This document shows positions 8,004 to 16,428 of a DNA stretch of 35,201 nt, piece after piece. The first letter of the stretch is position 1. Every line of letters begins with the position of its first letter. The notes under the pieces are model-generated. The model did not search any database. It worked only from the letters and a program-made list of their open reading frames with translations, and was not told the DNA's origin. The DNA lies in NCBI GenBank assembly GCA_039586795.1, contig JBDHJS010000037.1, positions 1-35,201 of the forward strand. Reading direction: 5' to 3'. This stretch comes from Gemmatimonadota bacterium. GTDB lineage: Bacteria; Gemmatimonadota; Gemmatimonadetes; Palauibacterales; KS3-K002. Both the position numbers and the translations under genes were made by a program.

Positions 8004-9920
8004 CTACCACCGCGGCGGTAGGTAATTCCAGCGTGCAAGAAACGCGAGCACGAGGACCACACCAACCGCCAGCGACGTGAAGTACGAGCGACGCACGATT
8101 CCCCAGTACCGATAGCTCCAGGCGCGCCACGTAAACGCAAGCACGGCCAGGCCAAGCGTTAAGAGCATATAGGGGACGACGGCCAGCAGTTGCATTTCGC
8201 TCGTCATTCCATAGACGATCCCGCTCGACGTCTCGAGCATGCGAATCGACCGCGCAACGAATCCGAAGGCAAACACGACGAACAACACGAAGAATAAGCT
8301 CGCCGCACCCAGTGCGAACCAACGGCCGGGCTGACGTCCGCGCGAGGTAGCCTCACGGCGTCGCTTTCGCCACCACCATGCTCCGAGCGACGCCAGAGGC
8401 CAGAGCGCGAACAGCACGATAAGGGGGACGCCCACCAAGAATGACATATACTCGTTCTTGAAGGAGGGTCCATCGTACCACGGCAATCGCTCGTAGGCGC
8501 CCGGCAACGCCGCCCCGAATGCCTCTTCGGGTGCGAACATGTGGGTGATGTTACCCTCCGCGTCTCTCCGGAAGGCGATCATGCGCGTACCGTCGACCTC
8601 GCGAAACGCGAGCGAGTCGACCGGGGCGAACTCCACCGTGCGACCTCCAACGGATAGCCTGATCACGCCATCCCGTGACCCCACCCGCCTCGTCATCCCG
8701 AACAACATCGGCAGTCGTTCGATGGTCGAATGCGCGTACCGGGTGAGAAGATACGAGCCCGCAAACGACTCTACGTAGCTCGGGTCCAGCTCCAGCGCGG
8801 CCACTTCGGGTTCGACATGATCAACGGAAGGCGCCATCGCCGAGATTATCGAATCGCGGAGCGCTCGCCCAAACCCCGCCCCTCCGCCATTCGCCACGAA
8901 GAAAAAGCCCATGCGCTCATCCGGAAGGATCAACAAGAGGCTTCTCGTCCCGGGGACCCCACCCGCATGCGCGAGCGCTCTACGCCCGCCCACGTCCTGG
9001 TTCAAGAAACCGTAGCTCATTCCCGGAAGCCGCGGATCGTGCGTGAACTGCTCGCGTTGCATGCGGCGGATCGCTGACGCTGGCAGTACCTCTTCACCAT
9101 CGATCACGCCACCGTTCAAGTGGGCCAAGAGAAACCGCCCCATGTCGGCGGCGGTCGCGTACGCGAGGCCGACAGGATACGGATGTGAAAACGGTTCCGC
9201 GACCGGCTCGCACGTGCCGCTACGACAAGAGTGTCCGACGGCTGTGAACTCGGCAATCGAATCAAGGCGAACGCGATAACTGGTGCGATGCATGGATAGT
9301 GGTGCGAAGAGCACGTCGTGGGCGAGGCGATCGAACGAAATGCCTGCTTCGGCCTCCAATACGTAAGCGGCGAGCGCCATGCCGTGGTTGGAGTAACCGA
9401 CCAGTTCGCCCGGCTCCCAACCCTGCGGCGGCATATTGCTCGCGAGATAGTCGCCGAGCGGCAGCATCGCGTCCCTCGAGGTCGCCGCGTACCCGATGAG
9501 TCTCTCATCGAGGCCGGCGGTGTGGGTCAAGAGGTGGCGAAGCGTTATCGGGCGATCGCCGCCCAACGGGACATTGGGCACAGCGTCACGAACATCCGCC
9601 TCGAGCGATACCTGTCCGCGTTCGGCCATCACGGCGGCAGTTGTCGCGACGAATAGCTTGGCAACGGATGCCACACGAAACGTGGTGCGTTCGGGGTCGA
9701 CGGGCGTCTTGTCCGCAACGCGTGCCAGACCGAATCCACCGAGATAGACGACGCTATCGCCCGCGACGATGACAAGCGCCGCTCCCGGAACGGAGTGCTC
9801 GGCCATCAACGCGGGGACGAGGGCGTCGAAATCGGGATTCTGCTGTGCAAGGAGGTCGCCATGGGCGACGGCGAGAACTAGTATGATCGCAAAACTGCAA
9901 ACACGATTCGCGTATGTCAT
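8004..9920 (-). CDS. Serine hydrolase, beta-lactamase class C/AmpC-like family, with C-terminal membrane helices
   Basis: Signal peptide; FRVASVAK (SxxK), LLTHTAG, YSN and HAGG motifs; about 4 C-terminal TM segments. Confidence 0.9.
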   Translation of the reverse strand: MTYANRVCSFAIILVLAVAHGDLLAQQNPDFDALVPALMAEHSVPGAALVIVAGDSVVYLGGFGLARVADKTPVDPERTTFRVASVAKLFVATTAAVMAERGQVSLEADVRDAVPNVPLGGDRPITLRHLLTHTAGLDERLIGYAATSRDAMLPLGDYLASNMPPQGWEPGELVGYSNHGMALAAYVLEAEAGISFDRLAHDVLFAPLSMHRTSYRVRLDSIAEFTAVGHSCRSGTCEPVAEPFSHPYPVGLAYATAADMGRFLLAHLNGGVIDGEEVLPASAIRRMQREQFTHDPRLPGMSYGFLNQDVGGRRALAHAGGVPGTRSLLLILPDERMGFFFVANGGGAGFGRALRDSIISAMAPSVDHVEPEVAALELDPSYVESFAGSYLLTRYAHSTIERLPMLFGMTRRVGSRDGVIRLSVGGRTVEFAPVDSLAFREVDGTRMIAFRRDAEGNITHMFAPEEAFGAALPGAYERLPWYDGPSFKNEYMSFLVGVPLIVLFALWPLASLGAWWWRKRRREATSRGRQPGRWFALGAASLFFVLFVVFAFGFVARSIRMLETSSGIVYGMTSEMQLLAVVPYMLLTLGLAVLAFTWRAWSYRYWGIVRRSYFTSLAVGVVLVLAFLARWNYLPPRW

Positions 9921-10177
9921 ATTGTTAGTGATACCTGAGCTTTGTTAGGCCGGCGCCCCCGGTTCATAAGCCCTACGTACGACCCCGTGCCGGAGTTTCC
10001 CGATGAGGCTTCGGCCGACGATTGATACCGCTGGTCACTTGACGAGTGACATTTGCACTGCCGGACCATTACAGCACGCGGACCAACGGCTCGATCAGCT
10101 GAATCGCTGACACGGCTTCGACTCCGGTGAAGTAGGATTGGGTGACCGTCCCGCACGGCTGAGAAGCAACCAGGCTC

Positions 10178-12313
10178 CTAAGGTTGTCGGGTTCCGGCCG
10201 TTTGGTTGAGCGTTTGGACGACGTCGAACAGGTCACCCGTACGATAGAAGTCGACGGCGACGACGTTGGGAATCTGACCGCGCTCGCTCCAGCACTGCTG
10301 CGCCCGTGCCAGAAACGGCTCGTAGGCGTTCACTATTTCCGCATCGCTGGGCACCGAGCTGGGCGGTGTGGAGATCCAGTGGTTCATGAGGAACAGAGAG
10401 CCCGATGTGCCACCCCGGTTGGCCGCACATGAAAACTCGGCGGGATCGTGGAAGCTGTACGGAGTCTCCTGGAATACCTCGAAGGCCGGGTGATACCAGT
10501 CCACGCCCTGGCTATCCTTCTCCGCCAATACCAGCACGCGCTTACCGGACCGAATCATCTGCCGTAGTGTCGGCCATGGTGGAGCGGCCCGGCCACGATA
10601 GACGTAGTCGATCAACTCGCTTTCATGGAAAGCGGAGTCGATCTGCGCCGGTGTCACGGCGTCCTCTATGATGATGACCAGCACTTCGTTTGGATTGAGA
10701 ACCAAGAACTCTCGCATCGCCTCGAGTGTGGGCACAAGCGGGAGCGCTCCGAGCTCGCAGAGTCCGTGACACAGATAGAGCGCAGCATCCCCTTCTTGTT
10801 CACTGATCAAGCGATCGCGAATCCGGATGGCCGCATCGAACCCCTCCGCTCCGAGTATCTCCTCGTACTTCTCCCGGACGATCTCGCCTTCGTCGATATC
10901 GGTCTTCACCCGGTCTCCGGCGGGAACTCCGGGATAGACATCGATCAGGAAGGCGCGTATCCCGTCCCGCAGCTGGGCGGATGGCCCTAACTCGTGGTTC
11001 GCGAACATCCAGCCCGGATTCTCAGCGGCCGACATCGCGTTGTGAGCCCCGGGGAACGACACCTGGTCCAGCGGTTGATCGCATAACTCGACGAGTCCGT
11101 TACAGGTGGCCACCGACCACGGTGCCGCTGTCGCCACCGGGCTGCGAGTGAGCGCGGCTGCGGCTATCGCAATCACAGCCACAATGACCGTTCCAGCAAG
11201 TGCCACTCGGACTCTGCCGCGTCGGCGCTCGGGCTCGGGTCGCTTCGCTTCTTCGATGAACGGCAGCTCCGGAAGCACCTCGCTGAACAGGTCGGTCAAC
11301 CCCATGAACAAGACGATGCTGCCTGCAACCAGCATCAGCAGCTGAAGTGTGATCTCCGGCCGAACGATCGCGAGGCCACCTACAACGATCGCGGCCGCCG
11401 CCCTTATCAAACGTGACCGTCCACTGGCAAGCGGACCCCAGAGAACGCCGCGTGCGGTTTGAGCCGCAGTGCTGAAATCGAACTGCTGAACTAGCGATGT
11501 GGCCGCTGCAGCCACGAGCAGGCCAACGACTCCGAGCGCCAGGCCGCGGGAGCGCAATCCGGCGGTGAATGCATCCCACAAGCCTGCCAAGACCGCTCTG
11601 GTCGCCGGTTCAGAGCCTACCAGTTCAATCGCCGGTCCGCCGAGCCGTGCAACCAGGAACACCAGGGCTCCCGCACCCGCGAGGCCGATGCCCGTGCGCA
11701 GCAGCGCCACTCTCCTGTCGATCGCGAGGATCACGCCGAAGCCCAGGAGTAGAATGCCCAGGAAGAACGCGACCTGCGCTTTGAGCGCCGTCCGCTGGCC
11801 GAAGCGCAGCACTTGCACGAGACGCGGCCCAAGCGGCGTGTCATCTACGGCCGCAAGAACCGCAAGCACATCTTCCGGCAGCTTTTCGGCGATCTCCGGG
11901 CGTGGCGCCAGCGCACTCTTCAAGATGATGCCGATATCGGACACCGTCAGAAGGACATCGTGGCCGCCTTCGGTGAGCACCAGCCCGTGGGTCTCGCGCA
12001 GGCTGTGGCGCAGGATGGCTCGAAATGGCGCGGAGCCTACGATGCCTTCGGTGGTGGCCAGCAGGATGGGACGAAACGAGGTGAGGTCGCGTTGTTGATC
12101 GATGACGGCGTCTGTCACTTTTGTGGCGACGAACGATGCGACCCGGGGGTCCGCAAGGCTCGCGGCCGCCCGGTCGGCAAACGCGTCTGAATCGAACACG
12201 ACCCGCGTCGCGTATCCTAGCAGGCCGCCGATGACGATCAGCAGCACGCCGAGCACGCCGCAGCTGCGCGCGGCGATTCCACGCAAGCGGCGCGTGTTAT
12301 TCACCGTTGGCAT
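10178..12313 (-). CDS. Multi-pass membrane protein with a C-terminal PI-PLC X-like phosphodiesterase domain
   Basis: Several TM helices in the N-terminal half. The C-terminal domain has CNGLVELC, GAHNAM, QLRDGIRAFLID, LYLCHG, NPNEVLVIIIED and PNVVAVDFY, typical of PLC-like phosphodiesterases. Confidence 0.82.
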   Translation of the reverse strand: MPTVNNTRRLRGIAARSCGVLGVLLIVIGGLLGYATRVVFDSDAFADRAAASLADPRVASFVATKVTDAVIDQQRDLTSFRPILLATTEGIVGSAPFRAILRHSLRETHGLVLTEGGHDVLLTVSDIGIILKSALAPRPEIAEKLPEDVLAVLAAVDDTPLGPRLVQVLRFGQRTALKAQVAFFLGILLLGFGVILAIDRRVALLRTGIGLAGAGALVFLVARLGGPAIELVGSEPATRAVLAGLWDAFTAGLRSRGLALGVVGLLVAAAATSLVQQFDFSTAAQTARGVLWGPLASGRSRLIRAAAAIVVGGLAIVRPEITLQLLMLVAGSIVLFMGLTDLFSEVLPELPFIEEAKRPEPERRRGRVRVALAGTVIVAVIAIAAAALTRSPVATAAPWSVATCNGLVELCDQPLDQVSFPGAHNAMSAAENPGWMFANHELGPSAQLRDGIRAFLIDVYPGVPAGDRVKTDIDEGEIVREKYEEILGAEGFDAAIRIRDRLISEQEGDAALYLCHGLCELGALPLVPTLEAMREFLVLNPNEVLVIIIEDAVTPAQIDSAFHESELIDYVYRGRAAPPWPTLRQMIRSGKRVLVLAEKDSQGVDWYHPAFEVFQETPYSFHDPAEFSCAANRGGTSGSLFLMNHWISTPPSSVPSDAEIVNAYEPFLARAQQCWSERGQIPNVVAVDFYRTGDLFDVVQTLNQTAGTRQP

Positions 12314-12358
12314 CTGTTATTGATATGGATCAGGCGCGGATGACGCCAGACGTCCGCC

Positions 12359-13459
12359 TCAGCGCTCGTACACCTTCGCGGCAGCCGTGAACCCGCTCAC
12401 CTGATCGGCGGTCAATCCCTCGAACACCTCGACGCGGATCTTCCCGACCTCGAACATCTCGACGAGCATGACGCCCAGTGCCGGAGCCGTGTCTGCGCTG
12501 CCGGGAAAGATGAGCTCATACTCGACAATGCCGTCGGCAGCGCCGATCGTTTCCGGCCGCGGCGCGTTCCCTTTCACCCACCAGATGTCGGGGCGACCGG
12601 GACCCTCGCTGCCGGGCACATCGCGCATCGGTGAACCGTCGGAGATGAAGATGCGGTCCCCCTCCAGGTGGTCGTAGACGATGGCGAGTTGCCGGCTCCA
12701 CTGGACGAAGCTGGTCGTGCCCTCGCGGAACCAGTTGCCGGAGATGCGGCCGGCGACGTCGTAGTCCACCTTGCCGCCGCGCGGTGGCAACTGCCGCACC
12801 GTGATGTCCAGCAATTGCCCGAGCAACGGCTCCTGGTAGTAGTCGAGGATGTCCGCCGAATAGATGTGCCCTTCCGGATAGCGTGAGGGGTTGAGGAAGG
12901 AGAGTTGAAGCTCCCGATCGGTGGCCGAGAAATCCATCGCGGCGTGGGGATCGACGAACCCTAACGTGTCTCCACCCTCCACGACGACGAAGACGTTCCG
13001 GTCATGCTCGTCTGTGGGGATGTCGCCGATCTGGTCCAGGATGTCCTGATGGAGTTCGGTGACGTGCGCGTAGTTCACCGTGATCGTCTCGCTCACCTTG
13101 AGCTGGAGCGCCCAGTCATTGTACTCGCGCCCCCAAAGCTCCTGGGGCGCATCAGGAATCTCGGGAACGGCGCGAATGCCGTGCCGCACCTTGAGGATCA
13201 CCCCATCGCGCACCGCGAATACTGGCGTGCTGGCAGGGAAACTATAGGGATTGCTCAGCCGAAACCCGCCGTGGTCCTTCGGCAGCACGTTTGGCTCGCC
13301 CATGGCGATGAACGACTCGGCGCCTGAGAGCGCGAGTGGCGGATGTGTCCAGAGCACCCTGCCTTCGGGGAACGGGTAGCTGTTGGTGATGGAGTCGCCG
13401 TTGCAGGCGATCGCAAAGAGGACGATGACGACGAGTGCTGGCACCGCGGGGCTGCGCAT
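12359..13459 (-). CDS. Hypothetical lipoprotein (366 aa), possibly a degenerate M23/LytM-like fold
   Basis: GGGAGG SD; lipobox-like FAIAC. PKDHGGF, PVFAVRDG and VNYAHV segments resemble the M23 scaffold, but a complete zinc motif set is not evident. Confidence 0.7.
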   Translation of the reverse strand: MRSPAVPALVVIVLFAIACNGDSITNSYPFPEGRVLWTHPPLALSGAESFIAMGEPNVLPKDHGGFRLSNPYSFPASTPVFAVRDGVILKVRHGIRAVPEIPDAPQELWGREYNDWALQLKVSETITVNYAHVTELHQDILDQIGDIPTDEHDRNVFVVVEGGDTLGFVDPHAAMDFSATDRELQLSFLNPSRYPEGHIYSADILDYYQEPLLGQLLDITVRQLPPRGGKVDYDVAGRISGNWFREGTTSFVQWSRQLAIVYDHLEGDRIFISDGSPMRDVPGSEGPGRPDIWWVKGNAPRPETIGAADGIVEYELIFPGSADTAPALGVMLVEMFEVGKIRVEVFEGLTADQVSGFTAAAKVYER

Positions 13460-13686
13460 CGGACCTCCCGAGAAGGACGTTCGGCATCTACGGGCCGGGC
13501 GTCGCGAAGGACACGCGCCACCCTAGCTCAGGATAACGGCCGGATCAACCGGGTTGTTCCCTGCTCTCGCGATACGCTGATTCCCCGGGTTAGAATACCA
13601 CCATGGTGGAATACCGGTCCTCGTGCCTGACGTGCTATGCATTCTAGGAGACACTTAAGGTCCTAGCCAACAACTCAGGTTGAGGT

Positions 13687-14181
13687 TTGCGGCAACTAAG
13701 CAGCTCTGTCAGGGCAACGTTCGCGGCTGGGTTCGTGCTGGTCTCGCTGTCCGCGTGCGACCTGCCGGAAGCGCCGGAGTGGGATATCGGCACGACAGCT
13801 CCGCTGTCGTCCGATACCGTCACCTGGATCGACTTCCTTCCATCGACCATCGATACGGCGACCGTAGAAGGCCGCAAGGTCTTCGTGTTCGACATCCCGG
13901 AGGACAGCCTCCTTTATCGACTCGGCCGAGTGTGCCCGCCCTGGCGCGTCCTCTTCCACATCGAAGGCTTCCTCACCCTCGCCGGCAGGGCCGGTGTGGT
14001 GGAAGAACTGCTGCGTATTGGCCTGGGCGTGGGTCGCAATCTTGGGTCAGTGGCGCGACTGAGGGCGGACTTCACGTGGGAGAAGGCCGACCTCGATTTC
14101 TACGCCCCCAATGACCACTTTTTTCTCCGCTTTCGCGTCTACCAGGGGTGGTTGCGCCGTTTGACGACGGATGACGGATAG
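13687..14181 (+). CDS. Hypothetical 164-aa protein; lipoprotein-like N-terminus joined to a beta-barrel-like C-terminus (possible deletion chimera or pseudogene)
   Basis: GAGG precedes TTG; signal peptide with LSAC lipobox. After CPP (about 13940) the sequence switches to amphipathic beta-strands ending FFLRFRVYQGW. Confidence 0.5.
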   Translation: MRQLSSSVRATFAAGFVLVSLSACDLPEAPEWDIGTTAPLSSDTVTWIDFLPSTIDTATVEGRKVFVFDIPEDSLLYRLGRVCPPWRVLFHIEGFLTLAGRAGVVEELLRIGLGVGRNLGSVARLRADFTWEKADLDFYAPNDHFFLRFRVYQGWLRRLTTDDG

Positions 14182-14202
14182 CTCCGGCCTACTGACACTC
14201 CA

Positions 14203-14622
14203 CTACTCCCTGAGCTCTATGACGTCCGCGTGGATGTAGAGGGTCGTCTTCGTGAACACGACCAGGTTCAGAATGTCCGTGTCGTACCGCACGTTGGCGA
14301 GCACGAGGTTCCGGCCTTCGGCGCTACCGTGCTCCGCCTCGAAATTGCTCCACAGGTTGACCAGCGCATCGTTGTAGAGCATCGCCGTGCCGCCGACGCG
14401 AACCAGCGCGAAGGTGTTGCTCACGGCGCCGCTGGAGGCGCTGAACCCAAGCAGGTAGTCGGCATAGGCCGTTCCCATCACGTCCTTGGCGACGATCTCG
14501 AAGTTGTCACCGGACAGCTCGACATTGGTCAGGTTCTGGGCGAGGAAGGCATTGCCCGTGGTGCAACCGCTCAGGGCAAGCGCGCCTATGAGTAGCACGA
14601 AGATTACGTCCTTCTTCACCAT
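14203..14622 (-). CDS. Small lipoprotein, DUF6567-like
   Basis: GAGGAGG SD; LSGC lipobox; TNVELSGDNFEIV...G.A...YLLG...LYNDAL.NL...LANVRYD pattern. Confidence 0.75.
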   Translation of the reverse strand: MVKKDVIFVLLIGALALSGCTTGNAFLAQNLTNVELSGDNFEIVAKDVMGTAYADYLLGFSASSGAVSNTFALVRVGGTAMLYNDALVNLWSNFEAEHGSAEGRNLVLANVRYDTDILNLVVFTKTTLYIHADVIELRE

Positions 14623-14685
14623 TTCGAGTCCTCCTCGGTTCCCGCCCTCAGTCGGTTGTAGAGGCGGGGAATCTGGGTTTCGCTG

Positions 14686-14812
14686 AACTATCGAAGCGGG
14701 TCCAAGATTGGTCAGATCCGGGGATTGTGGAAGCGGAACCGTCCAGCGTCGGCCACCACTTCCTGATCCTCAATCCCCGGATGAGTGAATCGTTGAATCC
14801 GCTTCGACAATT
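14686..14812 (-). other. Long imperfect intergenic hairpin (about 127 nt)
   Basis: Nested inverted repeats: tcgaagcgg/ccgcttcga on the outside and a perfect 12-bp atccggggattg (14716-14727)/caatccccggat (14771-14782) inside. The terminal stem pairs fully only on the minus strand, via G-U pairs. Confidence 0.6.
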
Positions 14813-14833
14813 GAACTGATGGAGCCTCAGCCC

Positions 14834-16372
14834 TCAAGCCGTGGGCTGCACCTCGCGGACGGGCGCGGAAAGACCCTCGTCGAGCATGCGCGCCGGCAAC
14901 TCGGGCCGCCGCGTCAGCGTACGCTTGCGGAACGGGCTCCAGAGCAGCTTCAGGATATCCGACTTCTTCATGTGCCGGGCGAAGGTGCGCAGCAGCTTGA
15001 AGGTCTGCACGGGACGCCGGGTTAGGCGGTGGATGAACAGCAGCATGTAGCCCTTCTGCCGCGCCCGGTTCACCACCTCACTGGGCAGCACGGTAGGGTC
15101 GATGTCGGAGCATTTGAACCACTTGTACCAGTCGCGCTCGTCATCGATGATCCCGCGCTGGACGTACTCCTGCCAGAGAGGGGTTCCACGATAGGCGCAC
15201 AAACGGTTGAAGCCGAAGGTGTCAAGCTTGAGTCGCGCCGCGAAGCGGAAGCTCTCCTTGATGTCCGCTTCTGTCTCGTCGGGTGACCCGACCAGGAAGA
15301 ACCCGTGCGCCGTGTCGATCCCGTAACGTTTGGCTTCGCTGACGCCGCGCTCGATCTGCTCCAGCGTCTGCTGCTTCTTGAGCCGATCGAGGACCTTCTG
15401 CGTACCGGCCTCGACACCGAAGGCGAGGAAGCCACAGTTGGCTTCGGCCATGATGGGAAACTGATCGATGGCTACGGCATCGACCCTGCCCTCGCAGCCC
15501 CAGCGGAACTTCAGCTGGCGGTCGATGATCCCCTGACAGATCTCGCTGATCCGCTTCCGCTTGAGCAAGAAGTGATCGTCGGTGAAGTAGATCGAGCGAT
15601 ACCCTTCGTCGCTCAATTGCTGGAGCTCGCCCAGCACGTGCTCGGCAGAGCGGTCGCGCCACTTGCCATCGGCCAGTGAGGGTATGTCGCAGTAGATGCA
15701 CTTGTAGGGACAGCCCCGGGAGGTCTGTACCGTGCAGAAGCGATCGAGGGAGAGGACCGCCGGAACGTCCAGCGGCATCGACTCAATGTAGTCGATAGGT
15801 AACGTCGAGCGATCGGGGTACGGGAACTGGTCCAGGTCCTTGACGATGGGCCGGGCGAGGTTCTGCACGACCGTATCACCGTTTCGCCAGACGAGTCCAA
15901 GGACCGAGCCGGGATCATCCAGCTTCTCCAGAAACTCCGGCAGCAACTCCTCCCCTTCTCCGATGCCGATGAAGTCCAGGTCGGGGCAATCCTCGAGAAT
16001 CTGCGCCCCGTTCATCGACGCGAATACCCCGCCCGCGATGATGGGTGTATCCTGCGCCGCCTGCTTCAACCGGCGGGCCATGCTCTTGGTGGCGGGATAC
16101 GATGTCGTCGATAGGAAGGAGAGGGCGATCACATCGGGATGCTCCGCCCGCACCGCCTCCGCGATGTGCTCCTCTTTCATCTGCGGGTGGCAGGTATCGA
16201 ACATCCGGACATCGTGGCCGTGCTCCCGCACGACCGGGGCTAACGTCTCGATCCCGATGGGTGGGAAGGCCATCACCTGGACGCGGTCCTTGTCGAACCT
16301 GCCGTCGCCGAGCTCCGGCGGCAGCATCTGGTAGAAGTCCTCGTCCCGGACGTAGATCAGAAAGATCTTCAA
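14834..16372 (-). CDS. B12-binding-domain radical SAM protein (class B methyltransferase/BchE-like superfamily)
   Basis: N-terminal cobalamin-binding domain (PPIGIETLA...PDVIALS...IIAGG...GEGE); TSRGCPYKCIYC (CxxxCxxC); FTDDHF, GVEAG and GSPDET. Likely TTG start at 16372 after AGGAGG; the ORF is open to 16396. Confidence 0.92.
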   Translation of the reverse strand: MKIFLIYVRDEDFYQMLPPELGDGRFDKDRVQVMAFPPIGIETLAPVVREHGHDVRMFDTCHPQMKEEHIAEAVRAEHPDVIALSFLSTTSYPATKSMARRLKQAAQDTPIIAGGVFASMNGAQILEDCPDLDFIGIGEGEELLPEFLEKLDDPGSVLGLVWRNGDTVVQNLARPIVKDLDQFPYPDRSTLPIDYIESMPLDVPAVLSLDRFCTVQTSRGCPYKCIYCDIPSLADGKWRDRSAEHVLGELQQLSDEGYRSIYFTDDHFLLKRKRISEICQGIIDRQLKFRWGCEGRVDAVAIDQFPIMAEANCGFLAFGVEAGTQKVLDRLKKQQTLEQIERGVSEAKRYGIDTAHGFFLVGSPDETEADIKESFRFAARLKLDTFGFNRLCAYRGTPLWQEYVQRGIIDDERDWYKWFKCSDIDPTVLPSEVVNRARQKGYMLLFIHRLTRRPVQTFKLLRTFARHMKKSDILKLLWSPFRKRTLTRRPELPARMLDEGLSAPVREVQPTA

Positions 16373-16428
16373 CAGCCCCTCCTGCGCTCGCGCCACGCTT
16401 CAGCGTCGATTAGCCGAAACCGAGGACA

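Noticed and set aside
9999..10022. Hammerhead-ribozyme-like core (CCGATGAG-GC-TTCG-GC-CGACG)
   Set aside because: Both conserved core motifs deviate (CUGAUGA appears as CCGAUGA, GAAA as GACG), and no convincing stems I and III with a cleavage triplet were found.
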